Assembly (NCBI RefSeq): GCF_004010195.1
Contig: NC_057755.1
Coordinates: 12,594,986 to 12,658,985, forward strand
Direction of reading: 5' to 3'
Source of the DNA: Chiloscyllium plagiosum
Lineage: Eukaryota
Length of the DNA stretch: 64,000 nucleotides
Position 1 is the stretch's first letter, and the number at the start of each line of letters is the position of its first letter. Below the pieces are notes generated by a model. That model was given only the letters and a program-made list of their open reading frames with translations. It had not been told where the DNA came from and did not search any database. Both the position numbers and the translations under genes were made by a program. Positions 1-12,884 of this stretch are shown piece after piece.

Positions 1-132
1 CGGAGGAAACCCACGCAGACACGGGGAGAACGTGCAAACTCCACACAGTCAGTCGCCTGAGGCGGGAATTGAACCCGGGTCTCAGGCGCTGTGAGGCAGC
101 AGTGCTAACCACTGTGCCACCGTGCCGCCCAC
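1..132 (-). mobile_element. HE1/V-SINE, 5' part (cut by the window edge)
   Basis: Reverse complement is a tRNA-like head (gtgggcggcacggtggcacagtggttagc...gggttcaattccc) plus the start of the V-domain, near-identical to other copies in the window. Confidence 0.9.
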
Positions 133-169
133 AAGTGGGAGGGGGAGTTGCAGTGTTTCGGCTAGGACT

Positions 170-860
170 GACAAGTGGCAAGGAACATTGCCTAGAACAT
201 GTGTGACAGAAATGACAAACAAGAATCTAGCTATCACCCCATGCTGCCTAGATTACCATATCTCCCCATAGTTCCCCATTCTGAGTTCCCCAGAAACTTA
301 ACTGGACTGTGCATACAAAAACTGTCTACAAGAGTAGGCAGATAGTAACTGATCACCTAACTCTCTAAAACCTGGTCACTAATCACAGTGTAAGAGTCAG
401 GAGTATGATGGAATGCCCCAGTTGCCTGGATGAGTGCAGTTCAAATAATAGTCAAGCTGACACCATCCAGGACAAAGTTCCTCTTGCTGGCTCCATATAC
501 ACCAACATCCATTCCCTCTCCCACATGTGAAAATGTAGGGTATGTAGGTTAGTTTGATTTTAGAGTAGGATAAAAGGTTGGCCAAAGGACCTCTGTACTC
601 TGTGCTGTTCATGTTCTATGTGTGTTCCATCTATAAGATGCATGATGGCAACTCACCAAGACTCCTTAGACAGTAGCTTCTAAAACCAAGTCCATTACCA
701 TCTAGAAGGATGAGGGCAGCAGATACCTGGAAATGTCCCGCAAGTTCTGTCCAAACCACACACAATACTGCCTTGAAAATAAATTACCGTTCCTTCTATC
801 ACTGGGTCAAATTACTGGAACTCCCTCCCTGTCAACATCATCACTGCACATAGGTCAAGT
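170..860 (+). mobile_element. Degenerate L2/CR1-group LINE 3' fragment
   Basis: Homologous to 21013-21845 (gtcaggagtatgatggaat...gcctggatgagtgcag...caccatccaggacaaag). Confidence 0.6.
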
Positions 861-869
861 GGACACCAT

Positions 870-1360
870 AAAAGCATAAAGTCGTAGAGCATAGAAAAAG
901 GCACTTCAGCCCATTGGGTCCACACCAGTCAAAAACAACTGCCTATTTATTCTAAACCCATTTTTCAGTACTTCCCATATGTCTTGGCATTGCAAGTATA
1001 TGTCGAAATACTAGTTAAATGTTATGAGGACTTTTGCTACGAACATCCACAGAGTTCCATATTCCCACCACCCTCTGGATGAAAAAGGGTTTTCCTCTCA
1101 TCTCCTCTAAATCTTCTGACTCTTACCTTAAATCTGTGATTGTTAAAGGGAAAAATTTCCATCAAAGGGAAAAATTTCTTCCTGTCAACCATATCTATGC
1201 TCCCCATAATATCATGCATCACATTTGCTCTAAGGAAAGCAGGCCTAGTTATCCAATCTCTCTTTGTAACTAAAACTCTCTATCCCAGGCAACATCCTTG
1301 AAAATCTCCTCTGCACCCTCTCATTCACATCATTCCGACATTGCGGACTCAAGTGAAGAA
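870..1360 (-). mobile_element. CR1 LINE 3' fragment
   Basis: Minus-strand ORF with ERVQRRFSRMLPG...SYKERL, a CR1 ORF2 C-terminal motif. Confidence 0.75.
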
Positions 1361-1746
1361 TGTAGTTCATTTTCAGTTTAATAGCAGCTAGGGATGGACA
1401 ATAAATATTAGTCCAGCCAGTGGAAGCCACATATCATAAATGAATAAGGAATATGAGGGGTGGTATTATTCAGGAGATTCAGAATTCTGAACCATAACAA
1501 TGGAGACAGTGATCCTATAACGTCCAAATGTATATGGAATATGATTTTGATTTGATGGCATTCCTATCATCATAATATTCAATTTTGTGACTGGTGGAGT
1601 CACATGGATAGATGGAATTGTTAGCCTGTCTCCTATAGATTAACTCCAATGGCAGGAGAATTGTTCAGGAGAATTTATCAGTCCTGGATGGAGTTACTCT
1701 TCTTCACCATTGGTGCAACTGCTTGCATCTAGCCAAGTGCTCAGAC

Positions 1747-1886
1747 TTGGAGAAAGTGAGAACTGCAGATACTGGAGATCAGAGTCGAGAGTGTGATGCT
1801 GGAAAGGGCTTATGCCCAAAGCATCGATTCTCCTGCTCCTTGGATGTTACCTGATCTGCTGTGCTTTCCCTGCAACACAATCTCGA
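1747..1886. mobile_element. Short inverted Penelope-derived element (family 1)
   Basis: Flanked by a 13 bp direct repeat caagtgctcagac (1734-1746, 1887-1899). The sequence matches the terminal region of the Penelope relic at 7467-8770. Confidence 0.8.
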
Positions 1887-3139
1887 CAAGTGCTCAGACC
1901 TGTCAGTTTTCACTGATTTGTGTTATGGCAGCAATGAAACTCGGCATTGTGTTTGAAGAACGTGGACTGCACAGGGCTCAGTGACTAGCACTGCTGCCTT
2001 ATATGCCAGGGACCTGGGTTCAGTTCCACTCTCTGGCATCTGTGTGGAGCTTTCTCATTCTCCTCATGTTTGTGGGATTTTCCACTGTATTCCACTGTAT
2101 TTATTTATTTATTATGATCATCCAACTCAGCAGCCTGTTTTTGCTTCTCCCCCAGATCCTTTTGAACCCTTTATCTCCAAGTACTATATCCGACTCTTTG
2201 AAATCATAGTATTTTGGCACCAACTGCTTTTTGTGTGTGTAAATTCCATAGATATACCATTCTCTCGGTGAAAAATATTCTCTCATCTCAGCCCTGAACA
2301 GTTTCCTTTGGACTGTGACTCTGATTTTAGACTACGCTGTCATCAGGAACATGCTTCCTACATGCACCTTGTCCTGTTATAATTTTATAAGCTTCTGAGA
2401 AGGGAACTCCAGTGAAGAGACTTTGAGAGGTCAGGAGGTGCAAAACTCACTGCAGACAACATAGTTGTAGCTGCAAGCTGGCATTAGCTGTTTTAGTGGA
2501 GCTATGAATAGAATTGAACATGGAATCATCAGCTCATTTTACAGCTGAGGGAAAATCATCAACAAAACACTGAAAATAGTTGGAAATTTCCCTGAACAAT
2601 TCTTGGATTTATGTCTATGGTTAGTTTCTGAAGCTGTGACAATCCTCCTTCATATCAAATCAGAATCTGCTCTTGGGTAAAATCTATTCTCCTTTTGTGC
2701 CTTGATGCTGAAGACAGCTTTCTCCACTTAATCCCCAGTGTGGACTAATACTAGGTCACATTGCATTTCAAATATATCTGTGTTGGCGGGAATACAGGAT
2801 TGGCTGGTGTAACAAAATGGTCAAACTGATGCAGTAGTGCTTTGCTGAGATGAGTGTTATGTAACTAAATTATTTCTAATACTTAGTGTCAGCACTTTGC
2901 TACGTATCTTGGAATGAGAACAGCCTCTGTCAGCTGTAATATGGCACAGATGGTGAGAGTTGACCTACTTTGTAGACATGCATAGTCAATTTGATGCAAA
3001 ATATAGAATCTAATACTTCAAGGTCTGTTGGACAGAAGTGCCAAAGTGGAGAGTGTTATTCCTCATAACTGACTATTTCATTTTCACTGATTTGTGGTAT
3101 GGCAGTGATGAAACTCATTATCTTTTTCAACAACGTGGG

Positions 3140-3385
3140 TGGCATTCTGGCTCAGTGGTTAGCACTGCTGCCTCACAGTGCCAGGGATCTGAGTTTGATT
3201 GCACCCTCTGGCATCTGTGTGGAGTTTGTATGTTCTATTCCTGTCTGCGTGGGTTTCCACTGGGTGCTCCAGCTTTCTTCCCCAGTCCAGAGATGTGCAG
3301 GTTAGGTGGATTGGCCAAGCTAAATTGCCTGTAGTGGCTGGGATGTGCAGACTGGATGGCCTGCTTCCACACTGTAGGGATTTTA
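3140..3385 (+). mobile_element. Older V-SINE copy
   Basis: Degenerate tRNA-like head and V-domain (tgtgtggagtttg...gggtttcc...gatgtgcaggttaggtggattggcc). Confidence 0.75.
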
Positions 3386-3386
3386 T

Positions 3387-3700
3387 GATTAGATTAGATT
3401 AGATTACTTACAGTGGAAACAGTCCCTTCGGCCCAACAAGTCCACACCGACCCGCCGAAGCTCAACCCACCCATACCCCTACATTTACCCCTTTAACCTA
3501 ACACTTCGGGCAATTTAGCATGGCCAATTCACCTGACCCGCACATCTTTGTAACTGTGGGAGGAAACCAGAGCACCCGGAGGAAACCCACGCAGACACAG
3601 GGAGAATGTGCAAACTCCACACAGTCAGTCGCCTGAGTCGGGAATTGAACCCGGGTCTCTGGCGCTGTGAGGCAGCAGTGCTAACCACCGTGCCACCGTG
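3387..3700 (-). mobile_element. Young HE1/V-SINE, near full length
   Basis: (AGATT)n tail, CR1-derived 3' end, V-domain and tRNA-like head. Confidence 0.92.
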
Positions 3701-4514
3701 TAGTCACAATACAGGTGAGAGCCTTGGCAATATTTTCAAGGTCCAATTCAGAGACTTTGGCATGTAATTTAGCTGGCAGCTCAATACTATATTGAGGAAG
3801 TGCGGCACTGACGCAAATGCCATCTTTCGGATAAGCTGGGCCCATCCTGCCTTTTCAGATGGATGCAAAATTCCCGATGTCACTAGACAAGCTTCTGTGC
3901 TGCAGACTCAATTTCAATCTCTATATTTATCTAGGTTAAAATTTATTTGCATGTTCCTTTTCATAAGAAACATTAGAGCACAATTTGATTGTCATGGCCC
4001 CAATGCAACTTGAAATGGTCGACTTCCTTACACCTTGTTACTGGGTGGTGAAGTAAATGGGTAAGATGTGTACAGCCGAGTGAAGATTGATTTTTGTCTG
4101 TCCGGTGCAAGAAAGGACAATTAATATGTCTCATCCCATCTGACACTCCTATTAACGTCACGTAATTCAACTTATTTCATTTTCAGTACAGCTTTATTGG
4201 GACCATAGTTCAACTGTTATTCTTCTCTCAGACTGTAACTTACATCCGCAGAGTACAACACCGCACAAAAGTGATTGGACTAGATGTTTTCTCAGCTTGA
4301 TACTGTTGTTTTTGGTTGTTACTTGAATCAGAGATTATACTTCTTGACATAACTAATCTAAGTTGGATTCTATTTTTGAGTGTAACTTTGGTGTTAATCA
4401 TTAAGCCAAGATAGTTTAATTTGCTCATTACCTCTACCTCTATTGTGATGCTTCCAGTTGTGACTTTTTAATTAACGTTTTGAGAACCATAACATTGGTC
4501 TTTGCCTCCTTTAT

Positions 4515-4765
4515 CATAGAATCAGAATCATATAATTCCTACAGCATGGAAGCAGGCCATTCAGCCCATCGAGCATACACCAGTCCTCTGAAGAATATCC
4601 CACCCAGACCCACTCCCCTTCTCCCTGTAACCCCACATTTGCTATGGTTAATTCACCTAGCCTGCACGTTTCCAGACTCCAGGGGCAATTTAGCATGCCA
4701 AACCATCTAACCTGCACATCTTTAATTGTGGGAAGAAACTGGAGTACCCAGAGGAAATCCACGCA
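4515..4765 (-). mobile_element. Older V-SINE, 5'-truncated
   Basis: V-domain motifs (ggcaatttagcatg...acctgcacatcttt...ggagtacccagagg) with a CR1-like tail. Confidence 0.7.
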
Positions 4766-7466
4766 GTACTGATCCCTGTGGAATACTGCAAGTCACAAGC
4801 CTCCGGTCTGAAAAAGAATCTTCCACTATCATCCTGTGTCACCCACTGTAAAGCCCTTTTGAATTTGATTCATCGTTCATCCAAATCAAACTGACTTTTT
4901 ATCTAAATCCCACCTTCCAGAACAACTCTTAATCCCGTAGTTCACAGAATCACAGAATTATTGCAGTACTGAAGACCATCGTGTGTGCATCTGTTCTATT
5001 ATCTAGTGTCAATCTACTGCTTCTTCCCAATATCCCTGCACAACATTTCTATTCACTTAATCGTTAAATGCCCTCTTGAATGTTTCAGTTGAAACTGCTT
5101 CACCAAATTTCCAGGCTGTGCATTCCATACCTTAACTACTAATTGTGTGAAACACTTTTTCTCATGTCACTCTTGCTTCATTTGCACATGACTTTAAATC
5201 TTAGCCCTCTTTTTTTCTCATCCTTTTATCAGCTGCTTCCTATCTACTCTGTCCAACCTACTCATTATTTAGAAAACCTCTATCAGATCTCTTGGTCACC
5301 TTCTCTCCAAGCACAACTATCTCAACTACTTCAATCTATGATTATTGTTTAAGTTTCTCATTCCTGGAACCATTCTGGTCAATCACCTTTGCACTTTCTC
5401 CAATACATTTGCAACCTTTCAGTAATGTGGTGCCCACAGCTATGCACAATATTGTAGTTGAAGCCTAACAAATGTTGTGTACAAGTTCAGTATCAGCACC
5501 TTGCTCTTATACTCTATGCTGCCACTTTATGAAGCCAAGAACACACTTTTCTGCTTTACTCAAGTAGTTTGAACACTTGCTTCTATATGTGTTCCAAACA
5601 GCTTTCAAAGTATATGAGGAGGCGAATAAATCAGGATAGTCCTATAATAAGAGGAATAAGGAATTGTATCCCCGTATTAAGAATAAATGACCTTTCAAAT
5701 GTCCTAAGATTAAAGGTTGATTATACAAGGAAGATCTGGGTCAAATTGTTTGAACCTGTTTGCAACATGATGTCTGACACTGCGCTGAATCTTTGGGCTC
5801 TACTGAGGACAACTAAGGATGGAGATGGAATTTGAAACTCAGCATTGTAGTAACCAGCATATTGAATTCTCAACCCGGTTCCTCATACTGGCCATTTTGG
5901 CGAAGCATGTCAGCGGCTACCATGGGGCAAGAAGCAAAATGAGTTCATTCAAAGCCTCGTTAGTTATAGTTAAAGGACGCTGGCTCATATTTTACAGCTT
6001 CCAGTTTCCTGACTTTTGAAGAGGCAGTTTAATTGTCTGAAGGCAGGCTGATCGATGACAGCACTCCAAGCAGGATGACAGGTAGACCCTCCTTCCCTTC
6101 TCAAGTGCATGTGTACCCAGAGAGTACTCTGCAGAGGGATTCCTGTCTCCCTGGCTGCTGAATCAATTTTCTAAAGAATTGACAAAGCCCTTGAAAAGGA
6201 GCCTCTGTATTGAAGTGACCTCTCAGTGACCTTTCACTGCTCTCAGTGGAAAGCCTTCCACTGCTTTCAAGCTGAAAATGTCCGATTAGCCCTCCAACTT
6301 TGAGAGTCTACCTGGTGCTCTTAATTGAGCAGAGGTCGTGTCTCCATACCGACTAAAGGATCACCCTAGTCCAAGTCAAAAGAATGTCTATCTTTTCAGG
6401 AGTGGGCTGGGGTCAAGAAAACAGTCCTTACTCCTGCTTCCCATTCCCAAACAGAAAATATAGGCCACTATTTCTTCCTGATACTGGAGAGATCCAAATG
6501 GGCAGCTTTAATAGATGGAACCCAGTTGGAGTATGATTTTATAAAATCCATCTTCAAGTTTGTGCAGCGCATACCAACTAATGTCTCACATGAATGTTAG
6601 ATAAATATTATATCTACCCACAACACAAAATGGTCCATCGTATACATCTGGTGAACTAGTTGATGGCTTGTAGGGCTACATGATGAATCTACACGGTGAT
6701 CAATGGATGTGTAATCTGTGCCTGTATAGGTGTTGCTGTACAGGTGTTAAGTGTATTTTTCATCACTTTTGCACTTAGTTACATTTTCTGGTATATTTCC
6801 ATATTGAAGAGGATGTAGTCTTTTCTTATTGTCAGATGGAGAACAGAAAAGTACTAAATCTCTGCAATACGTTGTTTGAAGTGCTTAGCCGATCAATATG
6901 AAGAAGATTGATTGTTGCAGTGTACTCCTATTCTCAGGGTCGAGAGCTATATTTAAGTCGTTAACCTTCTAATCACATCCATGTTGTGCTAGTGCAAACA
7001 AATCAAAGATAGTTGTGTTAGCTGGTGATTTTGTTTACTGATTCCCTCCACAGAAGGTTATAATTAAGTTAATCATTGATCACTTGGCATGGATTTTGAA
7101 AAGATTGAATAGATTTCAACAATCTTAAAATCATAAAATCAGCAAATAGCCTCTTTGAGAGAATGTACCAATTAGTCCCTCTCCCTGGCTCTTTCCTCCA
7201 AGTCCTGCGATTTTTTTTTCCCCATTAAGTATGTATCCAATTGTCCATTTAAAGTCAATATTAAAGCTCTGACTATCATTCTTGCTTTGACAGTAAATAA
7301 CCAAATATATAAATTCTCAACTCATTTCTGTTTTCGAGTTCTCCAAAAAAGGGAATAAATAAACGTGGTTAAGTATTTTTAAAATCATGTTCCATGTAGG
7401 CAATGTATGTATTTCATACAAATGGCATCAACTATTGACATGGCTTTGGCAGAGGCTGACCATCTC

Positions 7467-8770
7467 GGAGAAAGTGAGGACTGCAGATTATGGAGATCGG
7501 AGTCAGAGTGTGGTGCTGGAGAAGCACAGCCAGTCTGGCAGCATCTGAGGAGCAGGAGAGTCGACATTTTGAGCATAAGCTCTTCATCATGAATGAGGAT
7601 ATGGCCCAAGGGGTCTGAGAGATAAATGGGAGGTGGGTGGGGCTGGGAGGAATGTAGCTGAGAATGTGATAGGTATATGAAGGTGGGCGTGAAGGTCAGA
7701 GAGGAAGGTAGAGCGGATAGGTGGGAAGGAAGGTGGACAAGTAGGACAGCTCAAGTTGGCAGTGCTAAGTTGGAAGGTTGGATCAAGGATAAACTGGGGA
7801 ATGGGGAAATGAGGAAACTGGTGAAGTCCACATTGATCCCATGTGGTTGGAGGGTGCCAAAGCAGAAGATGAGGCGTTCTTTTTTCAGGGGAGAGGAAGA
7901 ACAGGTGGCTAGAGTTATGTGGTGGAGGAGGCCCAGGACTTGCATGTCCTTGGCGGAGGGGGAGTTAAAGTGTTTGGCCACAGGTCAGTGGGGTTGTTTA
8001 GTCCATGTCCCAGAGACGTTCTCTGAAACACTCCACAAATTGACATTGTGTCTCCTCAGCATAGAGGAGACCACATTGAGAGCAACAGACACAGTAGATG
8101 ATGCATGTGGAAGTACAGGTAAATCTCTGAATGTGGAAGGATCTTTTGGGAGCTTGGACGGACTTCCGCATGCATCATCTGTGTCCGTTGCTTTCTATGT
8201 GGTCTCCTCAATGTTGGAGAGACATGACGCCAACTTACGAACATTTCAGAGAATGGCTCTGGGACATGCACGAAACAGCCCCGATGCCCTGTGGCCGAAC
8301 ACTTTAAGTCTCCCTTCCACTCTGCCAAGGACATGCAAGTCCTAGGCCGCCTCCACTGCATTACTCTAGCCACCCGACGCCTGGAGGAAGAACACCTCAT
8401 CTTCCGCCTAGGGACCCTCCAACCACACGGGATCAATGTGGATTTCACCAGTTTCCTCTTCCACTCCCCACCTTATCCCAGATTCAATCTTCCAACTTGG
8501 CACCACCCTCTTGAACTGTCTTACCTGTCCATCTTCCTTCCCAAATCTCTGCTCCACCACCCTCTCCAACCTATCATCTTCACCCCCGCCTTCATCTACC
8601 TATTGCATTTCCAGTTACCTTTCCCCGAGCCCCACCCCCTCCCATTTATCTCTCAGCCCCCTTTTGCCACCCCTCATTCCTGATGAAGAACTTATGCTTG
8701 AAATGCCAACTCTCCTGCTCCTTGGATGTTGCCTGAGCGGCCGTGCTTTTCCAGCACCACACTCTTCGAC
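7467..8770. mobile_element. Penelope-like retroelement 3' ends in inverted arrangement (minus about 7467-8160, plus about 8160-8770)
   Basis: Both halves encode a GIY-YIG endonuclease C-terminus (VAEHFKSPFHSAKDMQVLG...LEEEHLIFRLGTLQPHGINVDF) followed by a CT-rich tract and a terminal repeat with a degenerate hammerhead core. Confidence 0.85.
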
Positions 8771-8774
8771 AGAG

Positions 8775-9870
8775 GGAGTTCATGCCGAACAAATGTGGTT
8801 GAAGGTTTTGAGGAGGTGACGAAGCATGTGTATGAGGATTGATGTAGTTTATATAGATTTCAATTAGACCTTTGACAAGATCCCACATGAGATACTGGTA
8901 AAGAAGATAAAAGCACATGGGATCCATGGTTAACTTGGCAATTTGGATCCAAAGATTGATGTACTAGCAGGACACATAGGGTGGAGGTAGAAGGTTGTTT
9001 TGTGACTGGAGCCCAATTTGCAGTGGTTTTCCACAAGGATCAGTACCTTTTTTGTGATATTCATAAATGATGTAGATGAGAATGTGAGCGGATGAAAAGT
9101 TTGCAGATGACAAAGATCGGCTGGGTGATTGACATAAGGGAGAAGATCTTAGGTTACAGGAGGATATAGATGGACAAATCAATGGCAAATACAACAGTGT
9201 AGCAGAGGAAATGAGCGGTTTTGCACTTTGGAAGAAGGAACAAGACTTAATGAATGGCAATACACGACAAGCTTAGAGGATCTTGGGGTGCTTGTCCGAC
9301 AATCCCCGAAGGACAGGTGAACAGGGTAGTTATGCACACAGGACATTTGCCTTTATCAGTCATGGCATAGCGTACAAGAGCAGGGAGGTTATGTTAGAGC
9401 TGTCAAGTATTTGGTAAGGCCACAGCTGGAGTACTATGTGAATGTCTGAAAGATGTGATTGCACTGGAAGGGTGCAGAGGGAAATGACCAGGATCCTGCC
9501 TGGGGTAAAGTATCTCGGCTGTGGAGCGAGGTTGTGTTGTTTGGAGCAGTAAAAGTTAAACGGGAACCTGATAGTATATAAGGTTGAGGGGCGTGGACAA
9601 GGTGAATAGAAAACAGCTATTCCCTTCTGTCAAAAGGGCAGAGTTTTAAGGTGAAGGGCAGGAGATTTAGAGGGGTGGCAGGTATCTGAAATGCGCTGCT
9701 TGGGGAATAAGTGAGATCTTTAAAGGTACTTGGATAAGCACTTGTGTCATTATATTCAAGGCTGTTGGTCTAACAGTGGAAATTGGGACTAGTATAGATT
9801 TAGTGTATTTATGGCAGTGCAGACTTGATGAGCTGAAGGGCCTCTTCTCTACAAGTCTATGATTCCACTT
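8775..9870 (+). mobile_element. CR1 LINE RT to 3' fragment
   Basis: Degenerate YIDF..AFDKIPH, GFPQGSV and KFADD coding remnants, plus a CR1 3' tail. Confidence 0.8.
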
Positions 9871-10597
9871 GCCATGACCATAGCTGATTACCAAGACAGT
9901 GCTTAGACTGTATTAATCGGGCTAGCTAACTTGAGCAGCCTCAGGACACATTTTCTTGAAGTCAGATGCTTGGGGATGTTTTCTATTTGCTGCACCTGCC
10001 CCTGCAGTTACAGAACTGTTTTAATGTATTGAGCTCCCTCATGGAGTCATGCAGCTCAGAAACCGACCCTTTGGTCCAACCACGCCTTTTATTTAATGCA
10101 CATTTCTGAAAGATATTCAAATGTAGTGGCAATAGGATCTTTTGATCAGGGCAGTTGTAGTGCTTTTCCTTCCTAAAATAAGTTAGTACGGATTCTGATA
10201 GATTTAACAACCACCAGATGTTACAGCCACATGTTGTTAGCATGAAGGTAGCTGTTTTATGGTGTGCAGAATGTACTGATAAGTGATCTTGATTTAAGTA
10301 CTGATAGATCAAGGAATTCACTGATAACGGTAAATTGTACACTAGCAGGATACATGGAGTGGTGATGATGTTGTGCAGTATAGAAAAGTGTGAAGTAATA
10401 TATTTTGGAAGTATGGCCATGTGGTCGCACAAGTAAAGGTAGTGGTTCAAGTAGGAATAGTTGCTGTATAGTATTAGGCACACTGTTATAGAAATGATAA
10501 CATTGATAGGGGCACAAAATTCACTAGAACATTTACAAAAATGAAAAATTACTGTTTTAAGCAACAAATACTTTTATTTATATTAATATGACAAAAT

Positions 10598-10780
10598 AGA
10601 GTCATACAGTATGGAAACAGACCCTTCGGTCCAACCCATTCGGAGCACCCGGAGGAAACCCACACAGACACTGGGAGAATGTGCAAACTCCACACAGTCA
10701 GTCGCCTGAGGCGGGAATTGAACCCAGGTCTCTGGCGCTGTGAGGCAGCAGTGCTAACCACTGTGCCACCGTGACGCCCA
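10598..10780 (-). mobile_element. HE1/V-SINE, internally deleted
   Basis: Tail joined directly to ggagcacccggaggaaacc and an intact head. Confidence 0.85.
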
Positions 10781-11269
10781 CACACAGGCACAGGATGAGA
10801 TGATGAGAGAGTGGCGAGCCGATGGAATTCATTACCACAGGCTCAACAGCCTGAATGGGTTACTGCTGGTATTTTCTGTGTTTCTGTGTCTGAGCAGAGC
10901 AGTCTGTGTTGGAGCTGGCAATATCTCAGTGGGACACTGCCTGAAATGAGATGGAGCAGTGTTACAGTAACAGTGTGAGAAGATCGCAGCCCTTAGTGAC
11001 AGCTCTTGCTTACACTCAGTTATGTAAATGTGTTGAAGTGTTGTTGAGCTCACTAATCTGTGAGGATTGAACAGCAAGCACCTGTCATACAGCACAGAAA
11101 CAGGCCCTTCGGCCCAACTCATCCATGCTGACCAGAGATCCCAAACTCATCTAGTCCCATTCACCTGCATTGGGCCCATATCCCTCCAAACCCTTCGTAT
11201 TCATATACCCATCCAAATGCCTCTTAAATGTTGTAATTGTACCAGCCTCCATGACGTCATAGGAGCATT

Positions 11270-12350
11270 ATAAATAAGGTACAACACTAAGCCACACGAA
11301 GAGATATTAGATTAGATCATCAAATGCTTGGTCAAAGATGTAGGCTTTAAGAAGCCTCGTAAAAGAGGAAAGCAAGGTGGAGGCAAGGTGTTTGTAAGAA
11401 ACTCCTAAACCTGGATCCTGTCATTGGAAGGTATGAAATTTTATAATCGTGTGATTAATACTGGAAATAAATCATAAGAATCCCTACAGTCTGGAAACAG
11501 GCCCTTCGGCCCAACAAGTCCATACTGACCCTCTGAAAAGTAACGCACCCAGACCTATTTCCCTACTCTGTTATCCTATATTTACCCTTGCTAATGCACC
11601 TAACCTAAACATTCCTGAACACTGTGGGTAATTTAGCATGGCCAATCCACCTAACCTGCACATCTTTAGATTGTGGGAGGAAGCTGGAGCACCCGGAGGA
11701 AACCTATGCAGAAATGGGGAGAATGTGCAAACTCCACACAGACTGTTGCCCGAGGCTAGAGTCCAACCCAGGTCCCTGGCGCTTAAGTTAGAATTAGTGG
11801 AGCATGCAAACCTCTCAACATTGTGGATCCGGAGGCGATTACAAAGAAAAGGAAGTGGGGGGAGGAGGTGAGGACATGGAGGAATTTTGGAATCTCAGAA
11901 TTTTTAAGTATTTAAAAGCAAGATGTTGCTTGATTGTGTGCCAGTGTTGTTCAATGGTGACAGGAATGGAACTTGAATGATTTCATGTTTAAGGAGTATA
12001 GAATTTGGGAGTTTGGCCAAGAAATCATTGGAATTGTCATGTATAAAGGAAACAAAAGCGTGAATGAGAATTTCAGCAGATGAGTGGGGGCAGAAATGAA
12101 GTCCCTAAATGCTACAAAGGTGGAAATAGGCAATTTTAATGAAGGCATAAAGTGGTCAGTAGTTTATCACCATGTCAGATATGATACCAAGTTTGTAAAC
12201 AGACTGGCATCTTTTCAGACAGTTGTTAGGGAGAGGAATGAAGTCAGCAGGGAGAAAACTAAATTCGGAGTGTGAACTGAAAACAAGGATATCCATTTTC
12301 CCAATATGTAACTGGAGAGAATTTCTTCTAATCCAGTACTGGATACAAGA
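11270..12350 (-). mobile_element. L2 LINE fragment interrupted by a V-SINE (about 11472-11783, minus)
   Basis: Minus-strand ORF WIRRNSLQLHIGKMDILVF resembles the L2 post-RT motif WMxxNFLQLNxxKTE. Confidence 0.6.
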
Positions 12351-12884
12351 TGAAAAGTCTAATAATATTAGAAACATAGAAGTAGGAGTAACTCCCTCAA
12401 GCCTTCTCGACCATTCATATGATTATGGCATTGAGTTCAATACCCTAATCTCACCCTACTCCCACATCCTGGGACTTTGGACTTCAGGCGACAGCATGTT
12501 CACAAGATCTTCAGAGATTGAACAACAGTTGAGTTTGTAAAGTTAAAAATGTTTCGGTATATGATGTGCAATAAGACACTAATACAGAGATTTGTCTTAA
12601 AATCTGGAACTGATCAAGAAACAATGAGAGTAAAGCTAATCTGGAATGTGACTGAACAGTTGAAGATGCTTGTTCTAGTCTCTGAAGATTTTTGAAAGAC
12701 CGTTTGGACATTGACAGTGTAAATTTCACTGGACGAGTAATTCAGAGGGTAATGATTTGCATCCCTTCTGTCAGGTAGAATTTGAATTCAGTTAATTCAT
12801 TTAAGAAGTCTAGAATTGAAAAGCTTGTTGATAATGAAACTGTTATCAACTGGTTCTCTAATGTCTGAACTACAAGTGTCATGT

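Noticed and set aside
5780..6470. Possible Harbinger-like MITE
   Set aside because: The termini are too degenerate to demonstrate inverted repeats from the sequence alone.
7677..8819. 222 aa and neighbouring ORFs as host genes
   Set aside because: They are antisense or alternate frames of the inverted Penelope fragments.
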